Program-made: the position numbers and the translations under genes
The notes under the pieces: model-generated
What the model saw: only the letters and a program-made list of their open reading frames with translations
Database searches by the model: none
Told to the model about the DNA's origin: nothing
Shown: positions 42,397 to 53,608 of the stretch, in pieces
Numbering within the stretch: position 1 is the first letter of the stretch
How the letters are laid out: every line of letters starts with the position of its first letter
From: a virus
Lineage: Duplodnaviria; Caudoviricetes
Virus record (IMG/VR): IMGVR_UViG_2808606549_000001
Location: 63,535 to 127,534 of that record
Strand: one strand, 5' to 3'
DNA length: 64,000 nt

Positions 42397-42897
42397 ATGG
42401 AAAGAAAAGATGCCTGGACTGAACAGGACGATTCAAACCTTGCCTCTACTGTGCTTTCTCACATAAAATCAGGTAGCACACAATTAGCAGCTTTCGAAGA
42501 GGCGTCTCAAATCATTGGTCGAACTGTATCGGCATGTGGTTTTAGGTGGAATAGCGAGTTAAGGAAAAGATATGATGACTCTTTAAAGGAGGCAAAAGAA
42601 TCGAGGAAACAGCTTAGTAAGGAAGATCGCCCACAACGAACCAGACGCTCTGTAGAGCAGCCTGAGCCAATTGAGACTATTGATATGTATATGGTCTTTG
42701 ATAATCTTCAGGCGACTCTAGAGGCCGCTACAGTGGCTATCGCTCAACTCAAGAAAGGTTACGAACAGTTGCAGAAGGAAAATGAGCGACTTAATAAGAG
42801 GCTTATGGAGGTTCCAAGCGAGGATCTAACAGCAATTCTCAAACTTGTGGAGCAGGCAAGAAAACTTGGTGTAATAAAAGAAGGCGCAGCTTCCTAA
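42397..42897 (+). CDS. rsfA: RsfA-family sporulation transcription regulator
   Basis: RKDAWT..DD..LA..VL.HI..GSTQL.AFEE....GRT..ACGFRWNS.LRKRY. Confidence 0.88.
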   Translation: MERKDAWTEQDDSNLASTVLSHIKSGSTQLAAFEEASQIIGRTVSACGFRWNSELRKRYDDSLKEAKESRKQLSKEDRPQRTRRSVEQPEPIETIDMYMVFDNLQATLEAATVAIAQLKKGYEQLQKENERLNKRLMEVPSEDLTAILKLVEQARKLGVIKEGAAS

Positions 42898-42918
42898 AAA
42901 GGAGGCTACGCCTTTTCT
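42876..42918. terminator. Bidirectional terminator after rsfA
   Basis: AAAAGAAGGCG.AGC.TCC / GGAGGCT.CGCCTTTT inverted repeat between convergent genes. Confidence 0.65.
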
Positions 42919-43200
42919 CATTCGTCTACCCAATCGATATCTCTAATTATTGATTCCATTTCCTTCATATTTAATTGGTATGCTGCTTCCCAACAATAAA
43001 TAGCATTACGCTTTAGGCACATTGCCATCTCGTCTAATTCACTACGCGTGAGATCCCTCATCTTATTAACTGTAAATAGTTCAGCCATCCTCTGATGAAT
43101 AGGCAGTACATTAATGTTTTGCATCGTTCATCTCTCCCCCTGTTCTTATGCTTCATAATATTCAGGAGAGATTACTTTGTTACTTCTTCAGATAATTAAA

Positions 43201-43422
43201 TTATTCACTTTGACAACTTTCTTCTTCAACCAATATGAAAATTTCATCTGTTGGGCGACTGGTTCGAGCAGCAATCCTTAACGCCCATTCTAAACTAGGC
43301 TGACTCCTCTGATTTTCCCATTTGTTGTATAGAGTCTTATTGACACCTAGAAAAGAAGCAAAGTCGTTTTGAGCCATTTTGGATTCGAAACGAATATCAC
43401 GCAGCCTATTTACTACTTGCAT
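43201..43422 (-). CDS. XRE-family HTH regulator
   Basis: NRLRDIR...QNDFASFLGV...YNKWENQRSQPSLEWALRIA...DEIF. Confidence 0.85.
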   Translation of the reverse strand: MQVVNRLRDIRFESKMAQNDFASFLGVNKTLYNKWENQRSQPSLEWALRIAARTSRPTDEIFILVEEESCQSE

Positions 43423-45373
43423 AACAAAAACACCTCCTTACACAATAAATATGTCGATGTGACATACATTATGTAAGAAGGTGTTTATGTATATTTATTT
43501 CTTTTGCTTTTATACAAAGAACAAATAGATCAAACCAATAACAGCCAAACAAAACAAAGTAAGTGCTGTTCCAAGCATAACATTCCTTTGATTCATTTTA
43601 ATCTTCCTCCCCACGAAACAATTATTTCATTCATCGCATTCTTGGCAAATTGTCCATCCACAGTCTTCAACAAAAGTTATTTTTCTTTTTTGTGGTTTGC
43701 CGCATATTCCACAATGTCCACCAACCTGAAGTTGATCCAGTTTATAGAACCCTAATTTATTTAGAAATTTCCTAATCATACACTTTCATTCCCCTCATTA
43801 AATGGACATTTTATTGTGATACGAAAACTAAATGAATCCCATACCATTCGATAACTAATTTGTCATCTGCCGACCAAGCATCTATATACTTGCCAATATG
43901 TGCCCAGTCCTTACATTCATTTTCTAAAAGATGTCCGCACTTCTCGACATAATAATAGTCGGGATTTCTGCCATGTGAGACGCTGCTATCCAAAATATTC
44001 TTTATTGTTTCTTTTATCGTCAATCTTTCCACCTCATGAAAGATACGTTTTATTGGATTTCTAAGAGATCAGATGGACCATGAATTACACCGAAATACAT
44101 ATGATCACCGTCTCTTTTGTATCTCGCAACTACTTTATCAAACGGGAATTCATCGGAACGTGACTTATAACCTTCAAGGTAACTGACAGCTACTACTTTG
44201 CGCTTCTCGTCCACATAGATCACGTTCCCCATCTCATAATCATCGCGCTCAAGAATATTGCAATACTGGATGAATACTACTTGTTCGCCCTGCTTCAGTT
44301 CGTTATGCAGCAATCCATTCACTCCCTATGAAATATACCTTTCGTTGGAACAAAATCAGTCTGCTGTTATACAGCAATTTTACTTTTACAATTATCGCGT
44401 AGCAGTTTACATTGTACTTTGTCGTCTCGGCACATAATCATGAAGGACAACATTTCAAGTTCATCATCAAAGGTATATACGGCTTCCGTCTTATGCCCAT
44501 TCCACCATTCAGTAGTCATCACCTTGTACATATGAACACCTCCTGTTATATAAATTCCAAGCAAATTAATCTTTTATTGGATCTGCAAATGCAGTTAGCG
44601 TATCACCGACTGACTTCATGCTTGCCTGAAACATCCTATTTACTCTATCTTCATGTTCTTTCAATTGCATTTTTAGTTTAATATTTTCATTTTCCAATTC
44701 AAACATTCTTTCGAATGCAGTTACTGTTGCTTTGGCTTGTTTATATGCTTCAAACATCCAATCGTCCATATTTATATCCCTTTCTGTTATTCAGATAAAA
44801 TCAGACTTTCATTGTGTTTAGATATGATCGAACGTCGTTCCAGTTTCGCGATGAATTGCAATAATTTCATCTTTTACTCCAATGAGATGATGCTGCAACT
44901 TATCGTACTGGTTGTTATATTCCACTTCTGTTATTTGCCTTCTTTTCAATTGCTTTGTCAGATCGTCAATCTGATTTCCAATGATATCTCTTTCTTTTTC
45001 AAGATCCTTCAATTGTTTGTTCATACTGTTATCCTCCTTCTGTTATACAGCCTCATATTCATCCTTAGAAACTATTTCATAAAAGGAATTTCTTATGCTC
45101 GACATTCTGTATTCTACAACATACATCGGATCTTTCATCTTAATAGGCTGTTTACTGATAACAAACAATGTACCAGTCACCTTGACTACTTCGCCGCTGT
45201 TATAAGCCTCTACAGCTTCATCGTGCGATAGGAATTTGATTGGCTTATTCACTAATCCATCAACCTCCGATATGTAATTGTCATATTGTTATAAGTATAT
45301 TTCATGTTATATGTATGAGTAAAGCAGAATTTACTATTTTGCTTATAAACTCTGCTCTACCATTAGGCTGCTG

Positions 45374-46474
45374 TTATACAGTCTTTTCATCTTTCTTACC
45401 TATTGCCAACGCTCCCTGTAGAATTTGAATCCGCGTCTTAACACTATCTGCTGATGCAGTTTTATTGCTCTTTGTCTTGCCGTACATGGAGCCAGGAGAC
45501 TGTACTTTGATGAATGCGGCCAGAACATCTCCAAACACTTCAGGACGGTCTGTGGAGGCTACAGCGGCCCCTGCGAGACCAATAATATCTGCCTTCTTCA
45601 TTACCTTTTTGCGCGTCTTCTCATCGATCTCCGAGAACGCTTGACCGAGAAAACTAAACGTTGCTGTTATAAGAGATCTCTCATCGTCACTAAGCCCATT
45701 TATGCGAAGGTCTAAAGCAATTTCTCTAAGCGCCTTACTCCCGATATCATAGTGGCGTCCTGTTATAACAGCAATCATCTGCAAAACCATTTCTTGATCC
45801 TTAAACCCTTCGCGCTGCTTATCAGTGATTCCGGTCATTTGAATGAATGGCGTATCAATCAAAGAATTGATATAGTCAAGGTTTTCCGTGCCCAGAATGG
45901 AGCGAATCAATTCAATGCTTGAGAGCGAAGTTCCACTATTAAGCCTGCGAAACATTTCATCAATTTGATCTGGTGTCAGTTTGTCGTACTGATACACGTT
46001 GACGTTGCATTCCTCTAGAATTTCCTGAAACTCAATCGGTAGTTCAGAAAACTTCTTTCCTGCTACTTCGACTCCGAAGATGGGACGAAAATCTTCAGTA
46101 AAAGCAATTTGGTCATTCATGAATGGGATAATTGCTCTTTTAAAACGCTGCTTGCCGTCGATGCACCACGTTACATCATCATTTGATTTAACAGCATAGA
46201 CAGGCGGTACAGGATAACCCAACAAGAAGGATTCGATTAATTCGCTAACCTGAAAATCAGTCCATCGCAAATTCCGTTGAACAGTCAAATCAAAATTCAG
46301 AGAGTCGGGATTTCTACCGATGTTTCTAAGGCTTCTAGGCTGTGCCTGCGACTTGTTGAGGCGTTCAGCCTTAATGCGTTCCTTAAGCGTTGCATAGCCT
46401 CCAAACTCCCCATCGCCTTGATTTGCGTTTTCCTCTTTTACTTCCTCATCCAAGAATAACTGTTCCTGTACCAT
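45374..46474 (-). CDS. DUF262 (ParB/GmrS-like) domain protein
   Basis: VQRNLRW...SELIESFLLGYPVPPVY, IDGKQR, EMFRRLNSG..LS. Confidence 0.85.
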   Translation of the reverse strand: MVQEQLFLDEEVKEENANQGDGEFGGYATLKERIKAERLNKSQAQPRSLRNIGRNPDSLNFDLTVQRNLRWTDFQVSELIESFLLGYPVPPVYAVKSNDDVTWCIDGKQRFKRAIIPFMNDQIAFTEDFRPIFGVEVAGKKFSELPIEFQEILEECNVNVYQYDKLTPDQIDEMFRRLNSGTSLSSIELIRSILGTENLDYINSLIDTPFIQMTGITDKQREGFKDQEMVLQMIAVITGRHYDIGSKALREIALDLRINGLSDDERSLITATFSFLGQAFSEIDEKTRKKVMKKADIIGLAGAAVASTDRPEVFGDVLAAFIKVQSPGSMYGKTKSNKTASADSVKTRIQILQGALAIGKKDEKTV

Positions 46475-48503
46475 TTATAATCACTCCCTGTATTGTTTAT
46501 TTTATTCGTATTTCATTGCCTCTTTGAGGGGGACTAGTTCATTGTACATTGTAACTATGTATAATTTGCCGTCGATACGTATGCCTTTTTTATAGCGCAT
46601 GGGCTGGTAACTCCCCTCTGTTATGGATGATCATTCATAAGTGGAGCATTTCTAGTTTCATCGATAAACCATACGATTGCTGTTATATATATAGCAATCA
46701 CAATTGACCAAATCATTTTATCACCATACTTATATTTAATTTTTAATTTATATAAATGCATTATTTCATGGACAATTGTACGGTGCTCTTAATGTTAACA
46801 TTTGCTCTTTTGTTTTTGGTTTGAATTAATTTTTTCACTTCATTCTCTGCCTGCCACTTATCAAAAGCAATAACTTCTACAATATCAGACTCAACAACCT
46901 TGCTTGCCCAAACCAACTCATATTCGACCATGAATGTTTTTTGTACGCCGTACATATGACGCCGCCTCCTCACTTTATCAAAACTTACTTAATTGACTTT
47001 AGTTTTAGTCTTCTATCAATCAGCTTCAATTCATCTTCGAAAAACTTCACTTGCCCCATATTTCCTTGTTCCGTATGAAATTTGACTGCCCCTACGGTAT
47101 ACCATCGCCTGTAAATTAAGTCGCTTTTATAGTTAATCGCCATTACAGAATTGTATGCTTCAGATCCTTTGTACTCACGGTCAATATATGTCATCTGTTA
47201 TTCTCTCCTTTTCTATTGTTCTGTTATGCAGAAAATATGCTTTGTTCTTCTACACTGTTGTTAATGGAGTCTGCCAGCACATTTTCTAAAATAGTTCTGT
47301 TATTAATGTAATACGCCTTTTTCTTTGCTCCTTTCTTACGGAAATAGTAGTTACCATTAGATTTTACAATTTTTCCATCCCATCCACCATAAACGATAAA
47401 TTTATCTTTCATCTTCTCGCAATATTCAAGAGCAATTTCTTCTTCTTTATTTTTGTCATAAATCGCATGGTATTGGATAGCAACTTGAATTCCTTTAACG
47501 TCAATTTCTTTGAGTAGATTAATCATGGCATTGACTGTCTCTATCTGTTGTTCATTCGTTCGTTTATCGTTCGGACTAAGAGTTACATAGGACATATCCC
47601 TTTCCCCACATGAAGAGTTGCACCAGAAGAATAAGTCCCAATTATCATTTCGATAGCTAATTTCTTTATTTTTATACTGATAAACAATGAATTGTTCATT
47701 AAGCAAGTCAACCAATTTTTCAACTTTTTGCCCACATTCCTGCTTTGCTTGCTCACATCTTGCAATCCATTGTTCACGTGTCATGCTGTTATATTCTTTG
47801 CTATTTTGTTCTTTTTCTTCTTCGGAATAGAAGTCGGAAATCCTCAAAGAATGGACACCTAATGCAGCTACACCATTTTCAATTGCTGCAAAATCCAATG
47901 CCGACATATAGCTTTTATCCTCTTTAATTACGATCATTTGTTATCGCTCCTTTTATGTATTATTAATTTTTATGAAAACCTTATTTCATTCGAGTTTCAA
48001 TGCATACCAGAAATGCACACTTCATATTCAATGCCTTCATCCGTGAACAATTCACCTGTTTTATACTCTCTCTTGAGTACATCAAACTGATATAACGTTG
48101 CCAGTGTATCAAGGTTCTCAACACAATTGGCGATCTTCTTAGCCATCTGTTATCACTCCATTTTTTATTTTTAATGCTTATGAAATTCTGATTTCGTGGT
48201 CCGTTAAAAGTTCACTTCTACATTCTTGTCAAACCATTTTTTAAAATGATTTTTGAATTGTTTTTTTGATACAACAATTTCACCATTTTTATTTTCAACA
48301 TACGCAATATTATTTTCATAAGCATAAGTATAGAGTCCAATAATTTGATTAAATAATTTATAACAATCATCCAAGGATGGGCATTCCCAAGCTGCGCCGA
48401 ACCCTTCTTTCTTCTCTTTGATCCAAATAACAAAATTCATTTTTATTCCTCCTTATTCCGATGAAATCCAGTTTTCATTGTGTCGTCTCTTCCTTATATA
48501 TAC

Positions 48504-48556
48504 ATTATAGCATTGGTTTGCTTATTAACACAATACATTTTTGTATTTTTTATATT
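48504..48556 (-). promoter_or_regulatory. Strong sigma-A promoter with shared upstream element
   Basis: TTGTGT ... TGCTATAAT plus TATAAAAAATACAAAA. Confidence 0.7.
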
Positions 48557-51500
48557 TTTTTTGGATAGATCGGTTCTATCCTGGCTGTTATATGCGTTGC
48601 TGTTATACGATGAAATACTTGTTTTATCGCCTGTCATACAAATTCCTTTGAGTCCTGAACGAATTTCTCGAATTCCTTTTTGGGCATCGATTCGACATTA
48701 ACACAGTATTTGTCTTCTCTATCGAAACTTAAAACATAATCGCATGATCTTTCAAGAGACATGCCGTTAGACTTGTGAATTTTAGCAGCTTCATTCATAG
48801 CCAGGATGCGATCTTTCCATTTAAACATCGACAACACTCCTATAACATTAATTGAACATCGTCATTTTCATAGGATAATAATCCCACATATCAATGAAGT
48901 TAATGTATGAATTGAAATCGTCACATTCAATGTTCTTGCAGATAAAAACGCTTGCTCTCCTTCAGATTCTATAATCATTTGATTAGATCCGCAAGACGGA
49001 CATAATACCTTAAATAACATATAACCACACTCCTTTAATTGTTATTGTTATGTATCTTATTGGATGTGCTGTTATATAGTCCATGATAACATAAGCCGAA
49101 TACAGTGGACTATACATGGCTTGCTGTTATGGCAACAGTGCAACACATTCGCCTGTTTGAATATGATGAGCACGTTGCAAGAAAGTTAGAGTATGATCAT
49201 ATTGACCAGACATAGCCTCTTCTATTTGCTCCTCTCTCCATTTGAAATAAGATTCCTTGTCATTAACTTTTACGTCTCCATTCAATACTTCGTCAATACA
49301 GGCTTGTGCGTTATGGGCAAACCATTCTCTAGTCATTTGTATCGTATCTTGGGTTAATTCCACATTTGCAAACTTCATATTTTTGACTCTCCATTTCAAT
49401 TTTATTTTAACTTTTAATATGTTGGATATTCTTTGATTTTCATTTTTGCGATTGATTTCAAAATTTCAGCTTTGCACGTTTCACAGTGATAGTATTTTTC
49501 ATTCAACATTGTATCATTCATAAGTTTCATTTTGATTTTACATTTTGGACATTTCATTTTTATTCCTCCATTTTATTTTATTTTTATAACCCTTCAAAAT
49601 AAGCATTTTATCGTCTGTTATTTGTTTGACTTACTCTGTAGAGCCAATAGACCATGAACAACAATTCCTTGTTAAAGTGTAAATAGAATCATATCAATCG
49701 CCTTTGTATTGCCAGTCGAAAATTCTTCAGGGGTGCCGATTGTCCAACCATCGGAATACTTGATAAGGTAATAATTTCTCGTGTGGCGTACCCCTTTGTG
49801 TATTGCTTTACATTTTTTCTTTGCTTGTGCAAGTGTCATTTTATCATCCCTCCAACAATAATATTCGCCGTAATGCTTGCAATCCTCATTGACACACATC
49901 TGAGCCGATTCGTGACCATTCTCACCATCCAAGTATTCAGCCGTTTCCGTTTCCTGGTTACAATGCGGACATTTCATTAGTTATCGTTCCTTTCTTATTA
50001 TGCGTTCGATACGTGACTGTTATAATACAATTTAATGTAATGTTCATTGATTATTTCATATGCTACAGGCGAGAAATGATAAGCGATATTATTCTGTTCT
50101 TGCTTGCTCATTTGTTCGATAAAACTCATCATATCATCGATTTCATCGAATGTTTGCGAGTGGGAATTTTTAACGTTCATATCCGATGCATGAGACAAGG
50201 AGAGAACCAATTTATCCTTGCTGTTATACACTTTTAGTTTATTATCGCTGCTAATCTCCATTTCATACACGGTACGTCATCCCCTTTGCTGTTATAGGCT
50301 TATAGCCTTTATGGAGCCGCACAACATGGACTGTTATGCGGTCTAAAAGATACAAGCTGTTATGCAATTTGTATTGTTTTTTCTCTTGGATTTAATCCAA
50401 TCTTCAATTCGCTTGCATAACAACGAATAGTAATGCTGGATTCATCCATACTCATAAGACTAATTTGCGAGTACTTTTCGTTCAATAAATGTCTATATTC
50501 CATGTCAACCTTGTTATAAGCTTCCCTTCTTTTGCTTGCTAGTTCGTGATTCACATCATGATTATCAATCAGATTGTATCCCCTATTGTCGGCATGAACG
50601 CGATAACCGTAAAACATGTCTAATACTTCAATGGTGTCAAAGTCACAATTTAGATTAGCGTTAATCCATTCCGTAATGCTTTCTTTTGTGTAATCGGTTT
50701 TGGAAATATCCAAATGATTTAATTTTCGGTTATATGGTGGCTCAATAACTTTTTTATTCTGCCACTTTTCGTAACTTATATTATTTTTTCGATATTCAAT
50801 GTATAAATCACGGTTAAATTGTTCGGCTGCTTCGCGTTTTCGTTGATCTTCAAAACTAAAAAGGAAATCAATGCGCAACGCCCATTCAGAAATAGTTTTT
50901 CCTTTTTCGTTTCTTCTGTATCCTCTTCCCAACTCGATATAGAATTCTTCGCCTAACTTATTAGTGAATGCTGTTCTGATTCTGTAATTTCCTACGTTGC
51001 TGTTTTCATTGGCTTCATAATCCATGCCAGCACCTTCAAAGTACAATGTTTTCATATTTATCATGCTCCTTTTATTTGTTATTGGTTTATTTTGTTCAGT
51101 TCGAAAATCCATTGTTTAGTTATTAAATTTAATTTTACGCTGTTCAAACCATCTAGGCTCAACATCGAAAGTACTAAATACATCATTTATGTCTGGAGTC
51201 TCAAGCGTTTGAAGAGTGATTTTGTCATTATGGTATTTATCGCCAAACTCAATATTGGTAATTACATATTTATAAAAATTTGATTCCTTATTATGGCTAA
51301 ATACAGTTCCAACGGCTAAAATATAGGGCAAATCATTCAAGGAAAAAAGTTTATTCATTTTTATTGGCTCCTTTAATAAATTTTACTTTCAACAATTTCA
51401 ATTTCTTCATCCGTTTGCTCGTCACCTTCATAATAAATATCTACATGCTTACCGATGTAATACTTTTGTGCTTGTTTAAGCGTCATATTATGCGGAACGT

Positions 51501-52649
51501 CAAGCGTCCAAAACCCTCCATGAGAATCCTTTTTAGTGTAGAGATAAAACACGTTATCGGCTTTACTGTAGGTTACTTTGACTATAGTCGATGATACCTT
51601 GTTGGTTGTAACATCTGCATAAACTGCTATAGGTGACATAAGCGATAGTGCAAGTATAACTGTAATGAGTTTAGTTTTCATTCATCTATCTCCTTTATGT
51701 ATAGTTTATTTTATTTGAAGAAGTCTCTTATTGAGACTTGATTCATTAAATGAACCCAATATTTTCATAACCGTTTGATTTTGCCCATATTCTAGCCGTT
51801 TCTTCATCATGTCCATTACTTTCAAAAAATTCCTTAATTTCTTCTCCGCTGGATTCATCAATCACAATCCATAGCATTTTACCATCATATAGTTCGCGCT
51901 CGTCAATCACACATTTTTTCATTTGCTATTCCTCATTTCATCAATTAATTTTTCTAATAGCATTACCATATAATCCGTAGCCTCTTCTTCATCATCTATT
52001 TTACGCTCTTCGACAATCTTAGTCCATCCTCTGCTATTAGCCATTTCTACAAAGAACCTTTGCCAATCTGATCATTACCATATTGGCCTATTGACGACTC
52101 ATCATAATCATAATCAGGTACGCTGCTAATGATTTTATTTGCCCATTCTTTTAATACAGTTTTTGTGTTCTTCATGATTATCACACCCAACATTTTATAT
52201 TTATATTGTTCGGTTCTTTCTGCTCCCTGCCTAGAGCCTTAATACTTTTCACCTTTCTTAACTCCTCTAATTTTAACTGGCATCCATTCTCTTCCTATAA
52301 TCCGTGTAGTCACTCCAGAATTGTCGAAGATATAACCAATAATATAATGTTGACCATTTTCGAATTTTTTATCGTCTGTATGTGTCATGTTGTATTCTGT
52401 TTTTGAGATAGTTTTCATGATTAGTACATCCTCCCTAGACATTCTTTTATTCGGCAGGAAACACAAAGAACAGAACAATTTGTTCTGCCCTTGGCTTATC
52501 TGCATATCGGACTATCTTCTCCATCTTGACTCGCGTCATGCAAGCTTAACCGAATGGATTAGACCGCTCATACAGAGAGTTTTATTGGACTCCTCCAGCC
52601 TATTTTATTTTCAATGTGCTTTGTTGTTGTTCTCCTCTTCTGTAACTTA

Positions 52650-52704
52650 ATTATAGCATGGATGATGATTGAGTGCAATAGGTTTTTGTATTTTTTATAT
52701 TTTT
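52650..52704 (-). promoter_or_regulatory. Strong sigma-A promoter with shared upstream element
   Basis: TTGCAC-17-TATAAT (TG-extended) plus TATAAAAAATACAAAA. Confidence 0.75.
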
Positions 52705-52759
52705 ATTTTGTGGGATGAGAAAGGGAAGACAAATACGAAGAGGAAAACTTGAAAAGTGA

Positions 52760-53608
52760 TTATTCCTTGATCCAATCAATTAAAAGTTTTTCCATTCGAT
52801 AAGAAGGAAGATAAATTTTTATTTCTTTATTAATATCCGATACATTTTCAATCCATCTAATTAATATCGAAAGTGCATACTTGCCATCATCTATTTCGAT
52901 TCCTTCTTTTTTATATCTGTTTTTTAAAAAACTGTTTGGGTAACAATTTGCTGCAAAACATAATGTATTCCTGCGGTTAGAATTATCTACCTCTGCATTC
53001 ATCGATAAGAATGATTTTGTTGTTCCTCTATTTAGTAATTTGTTGAATAACTGAATGAATGATGTCCAGTAAATTTGATTACCTTTTACCTTCTCATGAT
53101 TAATAAAATAATTCTTCATAGCTTTTTTAATCATAACTGCGTTTTCGTTAGACTTCAAAAACCATGCCTTAGATAAATCTGTTGAATTCTTACCAATTCT
53201 TATAAAACTGTGTTTCTTGTCAAACACCCTTATATTCTGTTTTAATTTCATTTTGATTTCAGTGTTTAGTTGATCAACATAATTAATATTCTCTATGTAT
53301 TCTTGAGATGTTGCTGTTGTTTTAAATTTTGTATTATCCACGATATTGTATAATTCATTTATATCTTCTTCATCAAGATAACTTTGTTCGATATTCGTTA
53401 AGCTGCTTTTATTTATAACAACTTCCAAAATGGAAAATGCAAATGATGTAGCGCCAAATTTACTCCAATCATCTTGCAGTTTATAAGAATGGTGCGTTTT
53501 GTAAGTTAGATCATGAATGTGCTTCTCCCATCGTTTAATAATATTTATTGAACTACCTATGTACCTCCTTCCATTTTTCGTGTTTGTGATTTGGTAAATA
53601 CCCATCAT
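52760..53608 (-). CDS. GIY-YIG nuclease domain protein
   Basis: GIYQITN..NGRRYIGSS.NI.KRW..H...EQ.YLD...YN. Confidence 0.88.
   Translation of the reverse strand: MMGIYQITNTKNGRRYIGSSINIIKRWEKHIHDLTYKTHHSYKLQDDWSKFGATSFAFSILEVVINKSSLTNIEQSYLDEEDINELYNIVDNTKFKTTATSQEYIENINYVDQLNTEIKMKLKQNIRVFDKKHSFIRIGKNSTDLSKAWFLKSNENAVMIKKAMKNYFINHEKVKGNQIYWTSFIQLFNKLLNRGTTKSFLSMNAEVDNSNRRNTLCFAANCYPNSFLKNRYKKEGIEIDDGKYALSILIRWIENVSDINKEIKIYLPSYRMEKLLIDWIKE

Larger units (their letters stand above)
255..49611. repeat. Dispersed 18-bp palindromic junction motif ATRAAA-N6-TTTYAT (about 40 copies)
   Basis: Exact copies start at 255, 589, 950, 1027, 7068, 8580, 10112, 11594, 14090, 15822, 23787, 24962, 26453, 27504, 28408, 28860, 29463, 29673, 44036, 44795, 47972, 48461, 48610. 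One-mismatch copies start at 9106, 9469, 10631, 11374, 12403, 12629, 12841, 13102, 25225, 26219, 27233, 27730, 29230, 33455, 43613, 43797, 44328, 48180. Confidence 0.9.
44364..50363 (+). repeat. Co-oriented heptamer CTGTTAT, about 27 copies
   Basis: Starts at 44364, 44543, 44784, 44928, 45026, 45040, 45197, 45371, 45664, 45760, 46618, 46680, 47195, 47221, 47297, 47786, 48147, 48585, 48600, 49069, 49124, 49615, 50017, 50221, 50289, 50331, 50357. Confidence 0.8.
43811..52422 (-). other. Third array of small, probably early, hypothetical ORFs
   Basis: ORF track; downstream of strong promoters at about 48.5 and 52.65 kb. Confidence 0.7.

Noticed and set aside
255-49611. Junction motif as Rho-independent terminators or classical attC sites
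   Set aside because: The 6-bp AT-only arms are too weak for terminators; there is no GTTRRRY core or long attC hairpin, and no IntI-type gene was recognised.
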